DNA of 63,573 nucleotides, counting the filler, from Hausera hauseri (Eukaryota), in the NCBI GenBank assembly GCA_046269625.1. It is 11 parts of 11 records of this genome, joined end to end, with 100 filler letters (N's around TTAATTAATTAA, not from the genome) between each part and the next. Parts side by side here need not be neighbours in the genome. Positions count along the whole stretch, not along the records: positions 59,229 to 63,573 come from JBJURY010625108.1; 10 more parts are not named here. One strand, 5' to 3'. How positions within the stretch are numbered: the stretch's first letter is position 1; every line of letters starts with the position of its first letter. Shown here in pieces: positions 60,638 through 63,573 of the stretch. Below the pieces are notes generated by a model, which worked only from the letters and a program-made list of their open reading frames with translations, was not told the origin of the DNA and did not search any database. The position numbers and the translations under genes were made by a program.

Positions 60638-62315
60638 TTACTCCTTCCGTCCATCATTTGCCAACGCCGCAGTCGGTAAACTCGGTGGATACAATTCCGT
60701 AAAGTTATCAACAGCAGCCAATTCCCCATCGAATTTCTTCCGTTTCACCGTCAATTGTTGCTGATAATCGACAGCTGCCATTATTGCATCGCGCAACGTT
60801 ATCATCCCCATTTCTGGTTTCCTTTGTTGTTTTCTACCAGATGTTGCAGTAGAATGTACATGAATACCATTTGTTGATGTTTTGTTGAGTAAATTATTAT
60901 CTGATGTATTTGTCAATTGAGTATTTTGTCGTAATAATTGCCGCAACGGTCCTCCCCCATCCCGTAATAAATCATCCAATCGTGATAAACCGCAATAAGA
61001 TCCAACCTTACCCGTACCCCCCATGGCAGGCGCAGTCGGTACTGTGGAATTGTCGGCATTATTAACAAGACAAGACATATCAACAAGTCCCTGCAGTGAA
61101 GTGGCAAAGACGTCGAACGAATCGACAATTTCCCGATGGGATGGTGATCGATCACGGTACAACCAGAGCAATAATTCCAACTCTGTTTTAAATGCCCGAT
61201 TATCGTACTGCTGCTGTTGTTTCTTTGTCGTACTGCCGACTGTCCCTGTCCCTGTCGTCGTCGTCTTATCGGCCGTTGTCTGGTCGAATATGAGTTGTTG
61301 GAGAAATGCTATACAATTGCTCTTCTCGCTGAATTCCAGATGTTTTTTGACGAGAATTTCGAATACTTTCCCCATTAATGGTTTGTTGAATATGAGTGTA
61401 TCGGTAGATAATTCTGGCCAATATCTTGTATGTTGTTCCATTTCCCGCAATGCTGTACAATGGCAATAATCATGACGTACACGCATACAAACATAAATAC
61501 AGAAATTTACATCGATCCATTGCTGTTGATGATAACTGCATTGGTGATGGTACCAATCGATTACTCAATATCAATTGACAAAAATCACCAGTCCTCAATC
61601 GATGAGACATTTTCTTATTGCCGATTTCTGACAAACATGGCAACCGACCATGAGCATCTAGAAAAGGATCTCGACGAACAGGTAATGAATGAATATGCAA
61701 TGCACCACCGTGACTCGTCAACAACAGTAAATCATATCGAATATCCGGCACACCGGCACTAGACGGCGGCAACAATGATTGGTCGACCTCCAGTACGACA
61801 CTGCGACCCTCCAATACAAAATTAGCCAGACAACAAGATGCACGATGACAGACATCAGCAGTCGTTACTCGATGGACACTCGTCGTGTTGTAATAATCAA
61901 CATCAATTGTTTGCCGCGGTGTGACCCATCGAATGACGATGCAACTACTCAGGCCGCAAATTGGTCGTTGTGGTAACGTCATCATCGGTAATAGACCAGC
62001 CTGTCGAATTTGTCGATGGACATCACGGGAATGGATCAATTCCACCTCGTACATTGCGCTTTGTGTGTTACTTGTGTCCTCCTTCATTGGGATGTTCTGG
62101 ACACGAGTACATGCCAATTGATGTTGTTGTTCACATAATAGCATCAATGCACGATGGAGATCTTTGTTGGCAAATGTCGTTTGTTTGTATACTCGATGAC
62201 GGCACTGAGCTGTTGACTGGACATGAATTCACGGTCAATTTATCATCAGATAACAAAACAATTCTTACTGTAATTATACATTCCGAACAATAACTTCTTC
62301 GGTATCACTGTCCAT
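60638..62315 (-). CDS. INTS13: Integrator subunit 13 (Asunder); exons ~62315-62280, 62216-61511 and 61452-60638
   Basis: NIPMKED..SAMYEVEL.H, W.TP, DV..R.S.CL.NF.L.GRSV.LE, L.SHGG...H.L and E.HTRYWP....T.IFN. A 58-nt GT-AG intron (61453-61510) restores the frame. Confidence 0.9.
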
Positions 62316-63399
62316 TTTTAAGTACGGAAATAATTTATTTTATACTAAAATTTCTTTATTTTTGATTGAGTGAATCAAATTCATTCAACAAGGCAAAATT
62401 TTGAAAACTTTTACTTTTGGAAGAATTATTCAAACAAAGTCTTTGTGAAATTTATTAACACTATAAGGACAGATTTACCGTAAAGGTTATATATATTTTT
62501 GTACATATTGAGAATATTCTACAAGACAGACAAACTGTTATAATTTCGATTCTTTGTTTAACTTGTTTAGTTCGTTTGATGACTTTCAAATTGATTCGTA
62601 GTAGGTCCATTGATGTCTACTTGTGAAACATTAGGGAAATTATGACTTAGTTTAGTAAATTATTGAAACCGGCGATTAGTTGTACAGTATTCAGTTTTTA
62701 TACAAGGAATGAGTAAATAATAAATAATGAGTAATAAAATGTGTCATCCTAAGTTGAAAATAAAAATGATAAGGAAATTTTCCTATCTTCTGTTCTGGGA
62801 TTTGTTCAACGAGAAAAAATTTTTTTCGGAAGAATATTTCATAATTTTCCTATTTTTAAATTAAATTTCGGATCAAGTAAATTTATACATTTTTAAATAG
62901 ACTTTACACACTTCACATAAATGTTAAATACTAAAATCAAATGTTATCTGTCAATTTAAATGTAATTCATATGAAAATTCAGATATTGGATAGACAGATC
63001 GTCACATTCCAATTAGAGTTTTAGAACATTGGCAACAGTAGAAATTTGTCCATATTTTAACATACTTCAAAATGTGCCTACTGAAATTAAAATTTAGATA
63101 TACTGAACTCAAAAATTATAATTCGAAATGAAAGTGACATATGAATCATTGTGAATATACAATTTAAACATCCAAGTTGAAGATTAAAGCTTACTCCGAA
63201 ATTTTAATTGTTGACCGTCATTTTAGCTACGTATACATATTATATTATGTTTTTTGCACATTTAAGGTTATCATTTTAATTTGTGTTGAATATTGGATAT
63301 TTTCTCAGTGAATATTTTAAAGGCATTTGGTACGAAATTGATGAAATCTGACTTTAGTAGACCTCGAACGAGAAAAATAGCAGTTATGACAGCCATGGG

Positions 63400-63573
63400 A
63401 CAATCGGAAATAGCGATAGGTCAATTAGTGGAAGTTGTAAAACGCTACGAGGAGGTGTTTATGAAACAGGATTACGATTTAGGATTTACGGATCTGATAA
63501 AACATAGAATCGAAACGGAGGGTAAACCAATTTTTTTGAATCCTAGAAGGCAATCAGTACATCTGGAAGGTAA
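63400..63573 (+). mobile_element. Gypsy pol fragment related to the 10908-13790 family
   Basis: RYEEVFMKQDYDLG..LIKHRIETEGKPI..NPRRQ resembles KYPEVFMADKWDIG..LVKHRIDT..PININPQRQ. Confidence 0.75.

Overview
This is eukaryotic, mostly AT-rich DNA, and it is not one locus. It is 11 unlinked contigs of about 4-8 kb joined by artificial 100-nt spacers (Ns around TTAATTAATTAA). Most contigs are transposon graveyards. They contain several Ty3/Gypsy families (two with long intact gag-pol or pol ORFs), Tc1/mariner remnants (DD34E and DD41D), a hAT-like transposase, a DIRS element and MITEs. Highly diverged animal genes are mixed in: INTS13 (58 and 63 nt introns), one long EPG5 exon, a decayed CDC27 and a kinase remnant (42 nt intron). 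Two segments look teleost-like, which suggests a compact-genome invertebrate or parasite assembly mixed with fish DNA (inference). The most striking feature is a decayed Gypsy element at 19748-26273. It carries a chuvirus-type (gB-like) fusion glycoprotein 5' of PR-RT-RH-IN, while the usual env slot 3' of integrase holds unknown ORFs that may be FN3-like. Two other signals stand out: a recurrent AGTAGGGG(G)AAAA element terminus resembling Polinton/Maverick ends, and a tandem Gypsy pair sharing a mosaic LTR. All homology calls come from motif recognition by eye, not from database searches.
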